A stretch of 64,000 nt of DNA from Synechococcus sp. (GCA_051439605.1 JBFRWN010000065.1:19833-83832), one strand, 5' to 3'. Positions 52,164 through 62,888 are shown, counted from the first letter of the stretch. A program made the numbers and translations. The notes: a model not told the origin generated them from the letters alone.

Positions 52164-53048
52164 TTAGGGCTGCGAGTATTGATTGAGCTTATCGATCATT
52201 GTAGGCGGACCCAGTTGCTCCAGCGAGTAACCCTCGGGGTAGCTGCGATGTTTAGCATCAGCGTAAAAACCAGCTTGCGATCGCGGCGGCAATTTCCTCG
52301 CCAATCTCCCCCGTAATTTCAGGCTGCCGGCAACCGTTCTCTCCAGCCATGCAGGTGCATCGGGGAATCCCAATGCTTGTCGCATCGACTTGTCGACAAA
52401 CGCGTGCACACTTGGTCGAATGGCTGGGCGAAGAGGGGAAGGGAACCAACCCAACATCATATCGCGGGTGGAATGAGCGATCGCCTGATTTGAAGGCGCA
52501 TAGCGAAAATGCTCGCGCTCGAAGTCCACATTGAAGGATTCAAACTCTGCTGAGGAGGCGGGAATTTCCTCAATCCCCATTCTCACGCCAATCTCCCGCC
52601 AAAAATAAAAACAAGCGAGCCGCTCCACATCGCACATTGGCCGCCAGCCAAACCGAGCCATCCAGCGAATTGGCTCGTAGACAAATGTGGAGAGGACGTA
52701 GAGATAATCGCGATTGCTGATGTTGAAATGGCCGTGGATGCGATTCATGCGTTCCAGAGCTGCCGCACCGCGATCGCTGTCGTAGCCATATTTCACCAAC
52801 TCCGACACAATCAGCCCGGTGTCGTCGTAGCGCTTTTGGGGCCTTTGAACGAATTCCCCCGTGCGATCGAGCAGTTGCGTAACGCTGGGGATACAGAAAG
52901 TTTTGAGCAACGCCAGCTCTAGCGATCGCGTTACGTCCCAGGGAAACTCGTACCCCGCTACCAGATGGCAAATCTGGATGTGCTCCGCCTCCGGGTCAAG
53001 GGTTTGGATATGTTGCAGGGTGGAGAAACGACTCACGACTGATGACAA
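52164..53048 (-). CDS. Oxygenase MpaB / DUF2236 family protein
   Basis: ELALLKTF, TGEF..PQKRYDDT, RMNRIH, YVLSTF, FWREIG.RMGI. Confidence 0.85.
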   Translation of the reverse strand: MSSVVSRFSTLQHIQTLDPEAEHIQICHLVAGYEFPWDVTRSLELALLKTFCIPSVTQLLDRTGEFVQRPQKRYDDTGLIVSELVKYGYDSDRGAAALERMNRIHGHFNISNRDYLYVLSTFVYEPIRWMARFGWRPMCDVERLACFYFWREIGVRMGIEEIPASSAEFESFNVDFEREHFRYAPSNQAIAHSTRDMMLGWFPSPLRPAIRPSVHAFVDKSMRQALGFPDAPAWLERTVAGSLKLRGRLARKLPPRSQAGFYADAKHRSYPEGYSLEQLGPPTMIDKLNQYSQP

Positions 53049-53150
53049 CTCCGCACGCGCTATTCAAACTTTAGCCTGTGTTGAAACGTTGCTGGACAAT
53101 TGCCATCTTGTGAAGAACGATCGCAAAATCAGAATTCCATTCAATGATTT

Positions 53151-53166
53151 TGTATCATGAGATACA
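53151..53166. promoter_or_regulatory. NtcA-binding site
   Basis: TGTATCATGAGATACA = GTA-N8-TAC, near-perfect palindrome in a divergent intergenic region. Confidence 0.72.
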
Positions 53167-53248
53167 TATCGGAGCGGTCGCCACTTGAAGTTTGAATGTC
53201 AGTTTCTTTTGCAGAAAGAAACCCTATAGGCGCATTTGAGGTCTTCCG

Positions 53249-53512
53249 ATGACAGTACTTGAAGCTTGCGTTCCCGTTCAGTCCCCCACCTTCGTCCCTC
53301 AGCATCTATCTCAACCCTTCCTGGATATGGTGCATCCCAATTCCTGGGTCACCCTATTGGAGCACCCCAGTGAATACAGCTACGGAGAAGCCCTGTTGCT
53401 GTGTCCCATCTCGGATGATGAGTGGGTGGCTTGGATTCCTGATTATGGGGAAGCGGTGTTGCATATTAGCCAGTTTTGTAATGCAAATTTGGCGGTAGGT
53501 GCGCTGAATTAA
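53249..53512 (+). CDS. Small conserved-type cyanobacterial hypothetical protein
   Basis: WVTLLEHPSEYSYGEALLLC...WVAWIPDYGE; GAGG SD. Confidence 0.7.
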   Translation: MTVLEACVPVQSPTFVPQHLSQPFLDMVHPNSWVTLLEHPSEYSYGEALLLCPISDDEWVAWIPDYGEAVLHISQFCNANLAVGALN

Positions 53513-53567
53513 GGAGGATTAGTTATCTGTGCCAGGTCATTTGTTCTTGATACACGAACGTTTGGCG

Positions 53568-54641
53568 TCAGGATAGGTGGTTTTGGAGGATGGTTTCGGT
53601 CCAAGACAGAAAGCTGGATTTCATGGCTGCTAGAGAATAGTACTGCTCAACTCGATGGCGGCAGGCTTGGCGATCGATGCTGTCGAGTTTGTCTGTGGTC
53701 TGTTGCAATTCCACGACGCTGTCGCAGGACACCACCCAGCCGGTTTTGCCGGATTCTACAATCTCGGCTGGGCCCCCTCTGTCGTAGACAATCGCCGGTA
53801 CGCCACAGGCCATTGCTTCTACCACCACCATGCCAAAGGCTTCCACCCATTTAGGGGTCACTAACAGGGCGCGCGATCGCCCCACAATCTTCTGCAGCTG
53901 CTCGGTGGGCAAAAATCCGCGATAGTCCAACTTAGCTTCCGGATACCGTCGCTGGATCTCCCCCCAATAGCTGGGTTCCTGCATTTTTCCAAGCACCACT
54001 ATGGTTTGCCCCGTCCGCTGAGATAGGGCAGCAGCATCTTCTAAGCCTTTCTCTGGGGCAATCCGACCCACCCAACTGAGGTAATTTTCCGGTTCTTCCA
54101 CAAACTCGTAGCGACTCACATCGATGCCACAGGGCAGGAGATGAAAGGGTCGTTGAGGGAGATGCGGAAAGGTGGCGGCTTGGGCCCTCGAATGCACCGC
54201 AACAGTGCCTGGAAACTGTTGACGAACTTGAGTGATAGCAGCATCCACTCCCGTACTCAGAGAGCCCATGCTGACAATGTGGGCGATCGGGCGATCGAAA
54301 TAGGGGGTGAGATAAAAGGGCAGCCAATCGTAGCCCCAATTCACGATGATGTCGAAATCAGGAGCAAGCTGACGGGCCACATCCCACATATGAGCTAGGG
54401 TAGATGGCAGGGTTAGGGTAACTGGAACGTCCCGGGATTGGGATTGGGCAAAAGTGGGAGGATGACCGAGAACAGTTGTTAGAGGAATATTGTCCAGTTG
54501 AGAACCTTCGGGGGCCACAATGCGGACATTCTGCCCCGCTGCAATCAGCTGTCGAGCAAGATTTTTTACGTTAAGTTCAACGCCACCTCCAATCCCAGAC
54601 CCCAACGGACCGACCGGAGTAGAGACAAAAAGATACCGCAT
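53568..54641 (-). CDS. GT4 glycosyltransferase, UDP-glucose:tetrahydrobiopterin glucosyltransferase-like
   Basis: LFVSTPVGPLGSGIGGGVEL, YDWLP, GRIAPEKG, PKWVEAFG. Confidence 0.85.
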   Translation of the reverse strand: MRYLFVSTPVGPLGSGIGGGVELNVKNLARQLIAAGQNVRIVAPEGSQLDNIPLTTVLGHPPTFAQSQSRDVPVTLTLPSTLAHMWDVARQLAPDFDIIVNWGYDWLPFYLTPYFDRPIAHIVSMGSLSTGVDAAITQVRQQFPGTVAVHSRAQAATFPHLPQRPFHLLPCGIDVSRYEFVEEPENYLSWVGRIAPEKGLEDAAALSQRTGQTIVVLGKMQEPSYWGEIQRRYPEAKLDYRGFLPTEQLQKIVGRSRALLVTPKWVEAFGMVVVEAMACGVPAIVYDRGGPAEIVESGKTGWVVSCDSVVELQQTTDKLDSIDRQACRHRVEQYYSLAAMKSSFLSWTETILQNHLS

Positions 54642-54788
54642 AAGGTGTATAAAGCACTGCAAGATATGGGAATTTTGAGTAGGAGGAAACCAGCCTTAGT
54701 ACGTTCTTGAGTAGGATTGCGTCTATCCTGGGGGTGAATACAGCAGGATAAGCTCCTTTGTCGTACTCAGTAGTTGAGGTATTGGCCA

Positions 54789-55049
54789 ATGTATTCCAAT
54801 AAAGAGCAATTTATATCGCCTTATTCGAAATACAAGGGTAAGGCTAAGCCTCAACACATTGTTTTTGATGCCAACCTACAAACATTCTCTCAAAAGGTGA
54901 TGATTATCAGTGCCTTAGAGAATAACGGCAAAATTTCCCCCAACGATGCCTACGATCAACTCAAAGGTTTGTGGAAAAAGCTTAAGGCCTCCAAAAAGCA
55001 TCTGCTGGACAACCCCGATTTGAATCCTGTCCCCGAACAAGATTCCTAA
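54789..55049 (+). CDS. Conserved cyanobacterial small protein
   Basis: FDANLQTFSQKV..ISALENNGKISPNDAYDQLK.LWK.LK. Confidence 0.8.
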   Translation: MYSNKEQFISPYSKYKGKAKPQHIVFDANLQTFSQKVMIISALENNGKISPNDAYDQLKGLWKKLKASKKHLLDNPDLNPVPEQDS

Positions 55050-55112
55050 TGTCTTTCTGGATCCTCCAGATCTTCTGTCAACGCATCTAGGTTGATGAAG
55101 TAGCCCTCTAGT

Positions 55113-55517
55113 TCAGAGATCGTCCACTTCCCCCAAAGAATTTAAGAATAGACCAAACCCACCTACCATCAACACCAACATCACCAGCAGTTCGAAGACA
55201 GACATGGTCTGAAACCGAAAGCTAATGCTGGAAATCACCCCTAACGCCAGCGCGATTAAAGAGCCCACTGCCAGAATCCATCCCCAAAAATTCTTGCTGT
55301 TGTAGAAGATCGTGCCAACACCAAACAGAAAGGGAATCAACACCATGCCGCTGGTGACATTCAAGTTCCCCAGTCGATAGAGGCGGTATCCCAGCGAAAA
55401 ATTATTCACTACGGTAATGGAGCTAAAGAAGAGGTATCCTCCGCCAATCATCATCGCCAGCCCCAGCAGAAATCTTCCCACGCCCCCCTTGGTGCCACCA
55501 GCCCCCCGTCTACTCAT
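55113..55517 (-). CDS. Hypothetical membrane protein
   Basis: GAGGTKGG start, four TM helices; GAGG SD. Confidence 0.75.
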   Translation of the reverse strand: MSRRGAGGTKGGVGRFLLGLAMMIGGGYLFFSSITVVNNFSLGYRLYRLGNLNVTSGMVLIPFLFGVGTIFYNSKNFWGWILAVGSLIALALGVISSISFRFQTMSVFELLVMLVLMVGGFGLFLNSLGEVDDL

Positions 55518-55630
55518 GCTCCAGTTCCTCTCTATTTGTATAAGTTCTGATGAGTCCGCTGAGGGAAATCTATGGATGGATGTTGATCCCCCGATACCGC
55601 CCTCAAGACATTTAACGGCATCAACCCGCT

Positions 55631-56074
55631 TTATTCATCTGGTTCGTAAACCATCAATAAGTGCTCGATACCCGCTTCTACAAAGACTTCCCCCTGCGGT
55701 TGAAATCCGTGCCGGCAATAAAACTCTGTAGCCTGCACCTGGGCATGTAGCTTCATGGTTTCAAAGCCACGATCGCGAACGGTAGCCATCATGAAGTGCA
55801 ACAGTTTATCGCCATAGCCACGGCCACGCCAGTTTTGGCGAATGGCCAAGCGTTCCAGCTTGGCAAAAGGATGCAGAAACCGGATACGTCCGGCAGCGAT
55901 CGGCTCACCTGCCAGCTCCCCCAAGATGTGAATCGCAGCCTGGTCATGCCCGTCCACTTCAATGTCGTAGGGGCATTGTTGCTCTTCAATGAAGACGATG
56001 GCCCGTACCGAAAGGACTTTTAGCAAATCGTCCAAATTCTGGACCGTTCGAAAGATGGGGCAATCCGACTGCAA
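55631..56074 (-). CDS. GNAT acetyltransferase (ElaA/YjcF-like)
   Basis: R..VFIEEQ, WRGRGYG, LHAQ, FVEAGIEH. Confidence 0.9.
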   Translation of the reverse strand: MQSDCPIFRTVQNLDDLLKVLSVRAIVFIEEQQCPYDIEVDGHDQAAIHILGELAGEPIAAGRIRFLHPFAKLERLAIRQNWRGRGYGDKLLHFMMATVRDRGFETMKLHAQVQATEFYCRHGFQPQGEVFVEAGIEHLLMVYEPDE

Positions 56075-56120
56075 AGCATGTCTCCTGGCTGTTGTGTTTT
56101 TAGTTGGGACTGCATGTGAC

Positions 56121-59100
56121 TTATCTCACTTCCAACTGTGACGAGGCCGATCTCCCAAACTCCTCTGGGGCATATTCCAGGCGGGCTTCCGCACCGGGCC
56201 AGGCAAACGAGCCAGGGGTCACCGATCGCACCAGGTAATGCATTTGGTACACCCCTGCATTCAGCTGGTTGGCATAGGCAGTCACGCGATCCTTGTGGAT
56301 GGTTTGTAGGTCAATTTGCCAGCTATCGCTGGTCGCCTGATGGTAAGTGCCGCTGGTTTGGAAGCTGGTGTCTACCGCCTCAAAGCCAGCGGGGATGGGA
56401 TCGTTAATCACCAGGTGGGTGACGGGGCGATCGGCAATGATTTCAAGGCCAATGTCGAACACCTGTCCCGCCTCCACTTCCAAAGGCTTCTCTGGAGCCA
56501 CTAAACCAATTCGCTGTAACACGTCCTCTTGGTTTGCTGGCCGAATTTCGCGGGTGATGCGCAGCCCGTTCAGACGCCCCGGTTGAGGTCCAGGGAGACT
56601 GTAGCGATAGGCAGTGATGTAGTGCAGAGTTCCATCCCCCTCTTTTTCCAGCGCCAAAACGTTTTCTCCCAGTGGGAGTTCATCTATTGGTACTGTGATG
56701 GCTTGGGTTGAATTGTCGTATCCCTCAAACCGAGCAGCCCCAATCTCTTCTGCAGCTAGTTGAGCGGTAGCCGCAAAACTCGGAGGAGTTGGCTCAATTT
56801 GGCTGTAGTCCACCAGTGCCATTAGGGCGGCTGCATTATCGAACCGGTTGTGCCAAACCCCATCGCTCCCTCGCAGGGCCAGAAGACCTTTGAGGGTGCG
56901 ATCGATGGTTTCAAGTTCGCGCCCTTGAGCGATGTAGAGCCGCAGCACCTCCGCTTGGGCACGGGTATCGGAGGCCAACCAGCGCCATGCTGCAGGCAGG
57001 TTAATCGTGGCGGTACGCCCCGTCTCGTAGACGATTTCCTGCAATTGGTCGGACATCTCCTCCGCCTCCGTTCCCCAATCCGGGAGTTGCCACAAATAGC
57101 GCGCCAGTTCGATTCGATCGACCAGATAAAAGCGATCGCGGTAGTCGTACAGGCTAGAGAGAAAATCAGTACGCACATCCCCCAACTCCGCCAAAGCCAA
57201 CAAGGACTGCAGACGGACGTAATTTTTGCAGTAGGTAGAGGGGCAGGAGCGATCGCGGTTAGGGTTCGCCAAGGATTCATTGAGGTAGGTTTTCACCCCA
57301 GAAATCAGCTGAGGGTCGACCGCGAACCCTGCGTTGACCGCTCGCGCCAAACTGCGAGCCGCAGGGGCGGTGAAGTAAAAGCTGGAGCGACTGGCACGAG
57401 GGTAAAAGGCCAAGCCACCATCCGGTTGCTGTAGCTCGGCCATTACTTCGAGGGCATCGGCAGCGATCGCCTGCGGATCGAAGTCCTCAATTTCCTGGTC
57501 GTACTGTTCCTGCAACCGCTTGAGATTTGCGGCGATTTCCAGGCGACTGGCGGCGGGTTCCAAACAGGGCAACCATTCGGGTCCAAGCGTAGCCGGTTGC
57601 AAGGCGCTGATGATGGGGGGCAACAGAGTGCTGGCAAAATTTAGCTCCAGTCCACCGGTGTTGGGCAGGACTTCTTCATCGACGCTGATGGGAATGTCAA
57701 CGCGATCGCCGGTAGTACCCGTTTCCACCACCTGCTCCGTAACCGGCACGTTCCAAATCTCTAGCGGTACCTGAAAGGCATCTCCAAAGTCATTCAATTG
57801 AGTTTCGAACTGAAGACTGGCGGTGCCCAGCTGCTGGGCGGTGACGGGGAATCGATAGGCGCTGGTGCCTGCATCCACCCGATCCTTGAGTTCTGCAGTG
57901 CGCTTATCTCCTTCCACAAACTGAATCGGAGATTCATCTGAGTCATCTACCCCTCCTAACTCGCTGGCTACCTGTAACTGACCGGATTCCCCAGTGGTGT
58001 TGGTGACTGCAACTCCCACCTCAAAGGTGTCCCCCAAGCGGGCAAACTGCGGCAAAATCGGATTTGCCAACAGGGGCTGAGTAGAAATAAATGTGGCGTC
58101 ACCGTTGCCAAACTGCATCTCATCTTTGGCCGTGGCCACCGCCATCACTCGCCACGTGGTCAGGTCATCCGGCAGCGTAAAAGTGACCTCAGCCTCCCCG
58201 CCAGCATCGGTTTCCACCGCACCGTTGTAATAAGCCAGCGGCTTGAAGTCCGTTCGCACTCGCGTCCCTTCTCCTCCGGCTGAGACGCCGCCACCGTACC
58301 CCCAGCCCTTCGCTACCTCAGCATCGGGTGACTCAAGCTCCACCTCTGGGCGATTGTCGGCAAAGCGGGTGGAGGTGGGTTGGTCGGCAAACACGATGTC
58401 CACTAAATCGGGGGGGCGATAGCCATTCAGCTGCAGGATCGCTTCGTTCACGGCCATCACCGTCAGTTGCGCCTCCAGTGGCTGACCGCCACTGTCAGTA
58501 ACCGAGAATCGCACGGTTTGTTCACCCCCAGGACTAACGGACTCTTGGGTGGGGGCTACATCCACCTGCAAATATTTATCCCCCAGCTCGACGTTAAAGG
58601 GGGTAAAGCCCACTTTGCTAAGGGCATCCAGACTATCGGGTTCCACCTGTGACAGCGCTTCCCCTTGGCGCACCAAAAATACCTGTACGGTGGCGTTGGG
58701 CAGCATCTCCGGTGTCACTTCAAACTGAATCTGGGGAGCGCCACCCTTCACCTGCTGGATGCTGCTGTAGAGAACGTCCTGACGAATGACTGCCAAATAC
58801 AGTTCTGCTTCGGCATAGGGGGACTCCACAAGAACGGTGGCTGTATCGCCAATTTCGTAGGTGTCCTTATCCAGCCGCACATCTAGCCGATCGCCGCGAT
58901 CGCCCCACCATACCGGTTCGCTCCCAGACACCCACAAGCGCAAATCGCTGGCGGTGATGTCGCTATCAGCATTCGCAAAATTAGCCCGAACGCGATAGGA
59001 GCCGGATTCCGGAGGGGTGAATTCTAAGGTGACGACATCCTTTTTTGATCGCACCTTCGCCGACTCTACGGTGGTGTATTCCGCCTGATTTCGAGCCACC

Positions 59101-61904
59101 TCGCTGCCCTCAATCAGTTGGGTTACTGTCCGATACTCAACCTTCTGCAGCTCTACTGTGACTGATTCCCCCTGCTGCGCTTTGCCATCGGGGTCCGTGA
59201 CAATCAGATCCACATTGAAGGGGGTTTCTGCCTCAGCCACAAACTGACCCTTGAGGCCGATCAGGCGATCGCTGGGTAAGGCTGTAAAGGTTTGGCTGCC
59301 GGAAACCGACAGATTCGATACGTCGGACACCTGCCCCTCGAACCGATAGGACATGGGATAGGGCAAGTCATCTGTAACCTCAACGGATTGGGAGCCAGTC
59401 CCCCGCTCATTCAGCGTTTCCTCTTGCTTCAACACTTCCACCGACACCGTCGGGGCTTCTTCGGGCCAGTACCACAGACGGCCGAACTGGAACTCCGGCC
59501 ACCCTTCGGGTTGAAAGTATGAACGGCTGCGGGTAACGGTGTAGGTGACTTTGCCACCGTCAACGGGGGCTCCAAACAGGTAATTACTTTGCAATGCTGC
59601 GGTAACCGTATCGTTAGGAAATGCTACTTCAGCATCTAATTTCAGGTCCGCCTTGAAATTGGGAGGTTTGAACTCCGCTACGCGGAAACTTCCGACTAGC
59701 GTGACCCCGTCATCGCTGGACGCTTCGATACTGTAATACCCCAGTGCTTGCTTGCCATCGAAGGTAAAGGGCACGGAGAACGTACCGTAATCGTTGGAGG
59801 TAAAGCTCCCCAGTGGAGTTTCTTCGCCATCCGGAGATCTCAGCTCTACCTCGTAGCTGATGCCCGCATCCCGCGTCAGTTCTCCCTTATGCAGGGCATA
59901 GGCCACCGCCGTAAACTCTGCTTCTTCCCCTGGCTGGTACAGCTGGCGATCGCTAAAGATAGCGCCGCGGCTGCGGGGGGTGCCGTCATCCCAGTCGCTC
60001 CAGAAACCGTACCCCCAGCCTCCGCTGTACTGCCACAGCCTTGCAAAAGCCCAATCCTCAGCCTCCCTCGCCACCACCAAGAGTTCGGGAGGTGCCGTGA
60101 AACTACTACTGCCCTCCATACACCCCGCTAGGTCAGCAGCTTTCAGCGTGACCGTACCGCTGTCATCTGTCTGACCGGTGGCACAGGGGGAAAGATCCGC
60201 CTTGGGAACGCGATCGGCAGGGCGCTTAATCAACTGCTGCTGGTAGATTTCGATGGTTGCTGCTGCGGGCAAACCGTCAGAGAGATGGTGGGTATGAATG
60301 ACTGCTGACTGGGGGAAAACTTGGGCCAGCACTCCCAGATTGGTCAGTTGCACTAGCCCGGAGTAAGTGGGTCGCCATTGCTGAGTTTTCCCCTGCCTGT
60401 CTACAAACTCTAGTGCCTTGGCCGTTACCCCGTAGGCCAACATCCCCGTGGGCCCACCTAATTGCTCCTGAATCGGAACGGGGGTCTCCAACATCTCGTT
60501 CGGAGGAACCTCATCCAGGGTGAACTGCGGCCAAGTGTCCGGATTGTCCAGCAGATCGTCCTCGTCCCCCCACCAGGCTGACGTGGCATAGGCCAAATCT
60601 TTGGGCTCAACAGGACGATATTGGGCCCGATATTCGCCATTGGGCAGATTAACGCTGGCAATATTTAGGTTGAGGGCATTGTCCGCTGGAAAGATATTCA
60701 GTCCCTCCGGAACCCACAGTCCAGACGCTACATCTTGGCTGGTGTAATCGACCAAGATAGAGCTACCGAGGGTTTGACCGTAGAAATCTGTCAATTCCGC
60801 ATCAATTTCGATGGTGTATTGCGTGTTGGGTTCCATCATCCAGGGATTCAACTCCACCCGTTTCCAACCGGGATTGACCAGCTGTGCATTCCGAGATGGA
60901 GCCTCCAGCGGTTCGGGGGAGAGGTGAATGTGGGCGATCGCCGAATCGGGGTCAACGCGGTTATTGAACTCCAGGCGGGGACTCCCGTTAACAAACCGTC
61001 CGAAGGTGCCGCCATAGAAGGGTTGTCCGATTGTGGTTAGCGCCTCAAAAGCAAAGGGCTGGTAGGTGGGGGCCAGAGTGCTAAAGGATTTTTGACTGGG
61101 CAAATTTCCGTAAGCGGGTTCTAGACCCGGCGTAAATTCCAGTTTGTACTCGGTGGCAGCAAGCAGAGGTCGATCGGGAGTGAGAGTGTACCGCCAGCGG
61201 CGCTGTGAGGCGTCAAATCTGAGGGCTTCTGTGAAATAGTCCTGTTGCTCCACAGGGACAAGGGTGAAGGGGACCGGTTGACCGTCAGCTTCTGTGGTCA
61301 ACGAGGCATGTTCCCGCAGGGATTCTAAGTCAAGCTCGACGTTGGAAGCAAAGGAAAACGTCGAGTCCAGGTTTAGGGGGTTATCGTACGAATAACCGGG
61401 CAGAGATAGGGCGATCCCATCCGTTTCAAAACTCCAGGTCAGATCCTGCTCCAGCAGGTTACCGGAGAGGTCCCCCAAGCCCTCCTGCAGGGTGACGCGT
61501 ACGCGGGTGGCTTTGGGTAATGCGCGATCGGCCTGGAAGCCCACCATGCGGGGGGTCAAAAACCGAAAGGAGCCTGGCAGTGCGGGCTCAAACTGAAATT
61601 TGTCCAGCAGCTCCTCTTGAGCGGGAGTATCCAAACGCTCTAGAGGGATAAGGGGATTCTTGAAGCGGATCCTGATCTGTGCTAGAGGTTCCACTGCCCC
61701 CATCGGGCTAATTTGGTCGATCCAATCGGGTAGCTCGGGGGTCGCAACGGGCTCAACGATCGCTAGCGGTTCAAGTTGGATAGAGGGGTTGGATGTTGGA
61801 GCCCCATCTTGGGAGGAAGGAGCACAGGCGAAAAAGGCGATCGCGCAAGCGATTGCTCCGATGGAAAAAGCCCACCGCTTGCGCAGTTTTTGCCAGAACC
61901 CCAT
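56121..61904 (-). CDS. Bacterial alpha-2-macroglobulin family lipoprotein
   Basis: Lipobox FFAC, LTNLGV, FSDRQLYQPGE, VAEFKPP, LPDDLTTWRV, DPIPAGFE; ATG at 61904 preferred. Confidence 0.93.
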   Translation of the reverse strand: MGFWQKLRKRWAFSIGAIACAIAFFACAPSSQDGAPTSNPSIQLEPLAIVEPVATPELPDWIDQISPMGAVEPLAQIRIRFKNPLIPLERLDTPAQEELLDKFQFEPALPGSFRFLTPRMVGFQADRALPKATRVRVTLQEGLGDLSGNLLEQDLTWSFETDGIALSLPGYSYDNPLNLDSTFSFASNVELDLESLREHASLTTEADGQPVPFTLVPVEQQDYFTEALRFDASQRRWRYTLTPDRPLLAATEYKLEFTPGLEPAYGNLPSQKSFSTLAPTYQPFAFEALTTIGQPFYGGTFGRFVNGSPRLEFNNRVDPDSAIAHIHLSPEPLEAPSRNAQLVNPGWKRVELNPWMMEPNTQYTIEIDAELTDFYGQTLGSSILVDYTSQDVASGLWVPEGLNIFPADNALNLNIASVNLPNGEYRAQYRPVEPKDLAYATSAWWGDEDDLLDNPDTWPQFTLDEVPPNEMLETPVPIQEQLGGPTGMLAYGVTAKALEFVDRQGKTQQWRPTYSGLVQLTNLGVLAQVFPQSAVIHTHHLSDGLPAAATIEIYQQQLIKRPADRVPKADLSPCATGQTDDSGTVTLKAADLAGCMEGSSSFTAPPELLVVAREAEDWAFARLWQYSGGWGYGFWSDWDDGTPRSRGAIFSDRQLYQPGEEAEFTAVAYALHKGELTRDAGISYEVELRSPDGEETPLGSFTSNDYGTFSVPFTFDGKQALGYYSIEASSDDGVTLVGSFRVAEFKPPNFKADLKLDAEVAFPNDTVTAALQSNYLFGAPVDGGKVTYTVTRSRSYFQPEGWPEFQFGRLWYWPEEAPTVSVEVLKQEETLNERGTGSQSVEVTDDLPYPMSYRFEGQVSDVSNLSVSGSQTFTALPSDRLIGLKGQFVAEAETPFNVDLIVTDPDGKAQQGESVTVELQKVEYRTVTQLIEGSEVARNQAEYTTVESAKVRSKKDVVTLEFTPPESGSYRVRANFANADSDITASDLRLWVSGSEPVWWGDRGDRLDVRLDKDTYEIGDTATVLVESPYAEAELYLAVIRQDVLYSSIQQVKGGAPQIQFEVTPEMLPNATVQVFLVRQGEALSQVEPDSLDALSKVGFTPFNVELGDKYLQVDVAPTQESVSPGGEQTVRFSVTDSGGQPLEAQLTVMAVNEAILQLNGYRPPDLVDIVFADQPTSTRFADNRPEVELESPDAEVAKGWGYGGGVSAGGEGTRVRTDFKPLAYYNGAVETDAGGEAEVTFTLPDDLTTWRVMAVATAKDEMQFGNGDATFISTQPLLANPILPQFARLGDTFEVGVAVTNTTGESGQLQVASELGGVDDSDESPIQFVEGDKRTAELKDRVDAGTSAYRFPVTAQQLGTASLQFETQLNDFGDAFQVPLEIWNVPVTEQVVETGTTGDRVDIPISVDEEVLPNTGGLELNFASTLLPPIISALQPATLGPEWLPCLEPAASRLEIAANLKRLQEQYDQEIEDFDPQAIAADALEVMAELQQPDGGLAFYPRASRSSFYFTAPAARSLARAVNAGFAVDPQLISGVKTYLNESLANPNRDRSCPSTYCKNYVRLQSLLALAELGDVRTDFLSSLYDYRDRFYLVDRIELARYLWQLPDWGTEAEEMSDQLQEIVYETGRTATINLPAAWRWLASDTRAQAEVLRLYIAQGRELETIDRTLKGLLALRGSDGVWHNRFDNAAALMALVDYSQIEPTPPSFAATAQLAAEEIGAARFEGYDNSTQAITVPIDELPLGENVLALEKEGDGTLHYITAYRYSLPGPQPGRLNGLRITREIRPANQEDVLQRIGLVAPEKPLEVEAGQVFDIGLEIIADRPVTHLVINDPIPAGFEAVDTSFQTSGTYHQATSDSWQIDLQTIHKDRVTAYANQLNAGVYQMHYLVRSVTPGSFAWPGAEARLEYAPEEFGRSASSQLEVR

Positions 61905-62018
61905 ATTCTTAATCCTCAGCAGATACTCAAAGCCTATTGCGTTGCCATCTGTGAGGCGAGAGTTATTCAAATTGCTTAAAGAGTAGTGTCCCCAAAAAGC
62001 AAATAGGTGACTGGTAAC

Positions 62019-62507
62019 TTAGTGAGATTGATGATGGTTATTATTGTGGTTAAGGCTGTCGTGAATCACGTCTAAAGACCGAGTCAGACGGTCCTCAAGT
62101 TCTTGCAGGACACTGGCAGAGTAGTTCTCCATCTCCAGCTTCATCCGATTGGCTTCTTCCATGGTGTTTTGCAGCATATCCTGTCGCTCCTGCTGGGCAA
62201 TACCGCGAATTTCCTCCGCTTGCTGCTGCGCCTCATGAACGATGCCAGATTCTAACAGCAGTTGCTCCCGCTTGTACTCCGCCGCCTGCACAATTTCCTC
62301 TGCATAGCGGTGAGCTTGGGCCACAATTTCATCCCGCCGTTTTACAATTGCCTCCGATTCTGCAATCACCTGCGGCAAACTCAGTCGCAGTTCATCCAGC
62401 TTATCTAGCAATCCTTCTTCATCCAGCACCGCCATGCGACTAAAGGGCAGGTGAAGTGCCGAGATAACGGTATCTTCTAACTGTTCGAGTGCCTGTCTTA
62501 CATCCAT
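62019..62507 (-). CDS. DivIVA-like coiled-coil protein (Cdv3-like)
   Basis: LEQLED....LHLP.....LDEE.LLDKLD.LR..LP, A..YAEEIV..A coiled coil. Confidence 0.75.
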   Translation of the reverse strand: MDVRQALEQLEDTVISALHLPFSRMAVLDEEGLLDKLDELRLSLPQVIAESEAIVKRRDEIVAQAHRYAEEIVQAAEYKREQLLLESGIVHEAQQQAEEIRGIAQQERQDMLQNTMEEANRMKLEMENYSASVLQELEDRLTRSLDVIHDSLNHNNNHHQSH

Positions 62508-62888
62508 CGTGAATCGCCCTTTGACCCCCACCACTATTATTCATAACAACATTAAATTGGTGCCTTTAGGCTAGCGCAAGGAAGTTTTTGCATTTGATTT
62601 TCTTGCTGCCGTTATAACAAACGTTCACGCAGAGACCAGCGTTCTCAATGATGATTTGCATATTTGCAGTCCATTCAGCTCTATTCCACCTCCTTACTTT
62701 TGCGTAAACTACTCTGTGCTCGATGTTTTTTGCTTGTATAACTTTCAGCCCGAATTTCTGTGGGTATCTCGATCGCTTATATAGCCTTATTGCTTTAACT
62801 ACAATACTTTTCAAACCAGTTGCCAGATGGAGGTTGATATAGATGGTGGCTCCAGCGTAAATGTCTTTCCTTTATTCAGTTATGCAAT

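Noticed and set aside
143..61986. Numerous antisense and alternate-frame ORFs inside identified genes
   Set aside because: Shadow ORFs expected at this GC content; they overlap well-supported CDSs.
62566..62814. 82-aa minus-strand ORF
   Set aside because: TTG start, AT-rich, no recognisable motif; probably promoter region.
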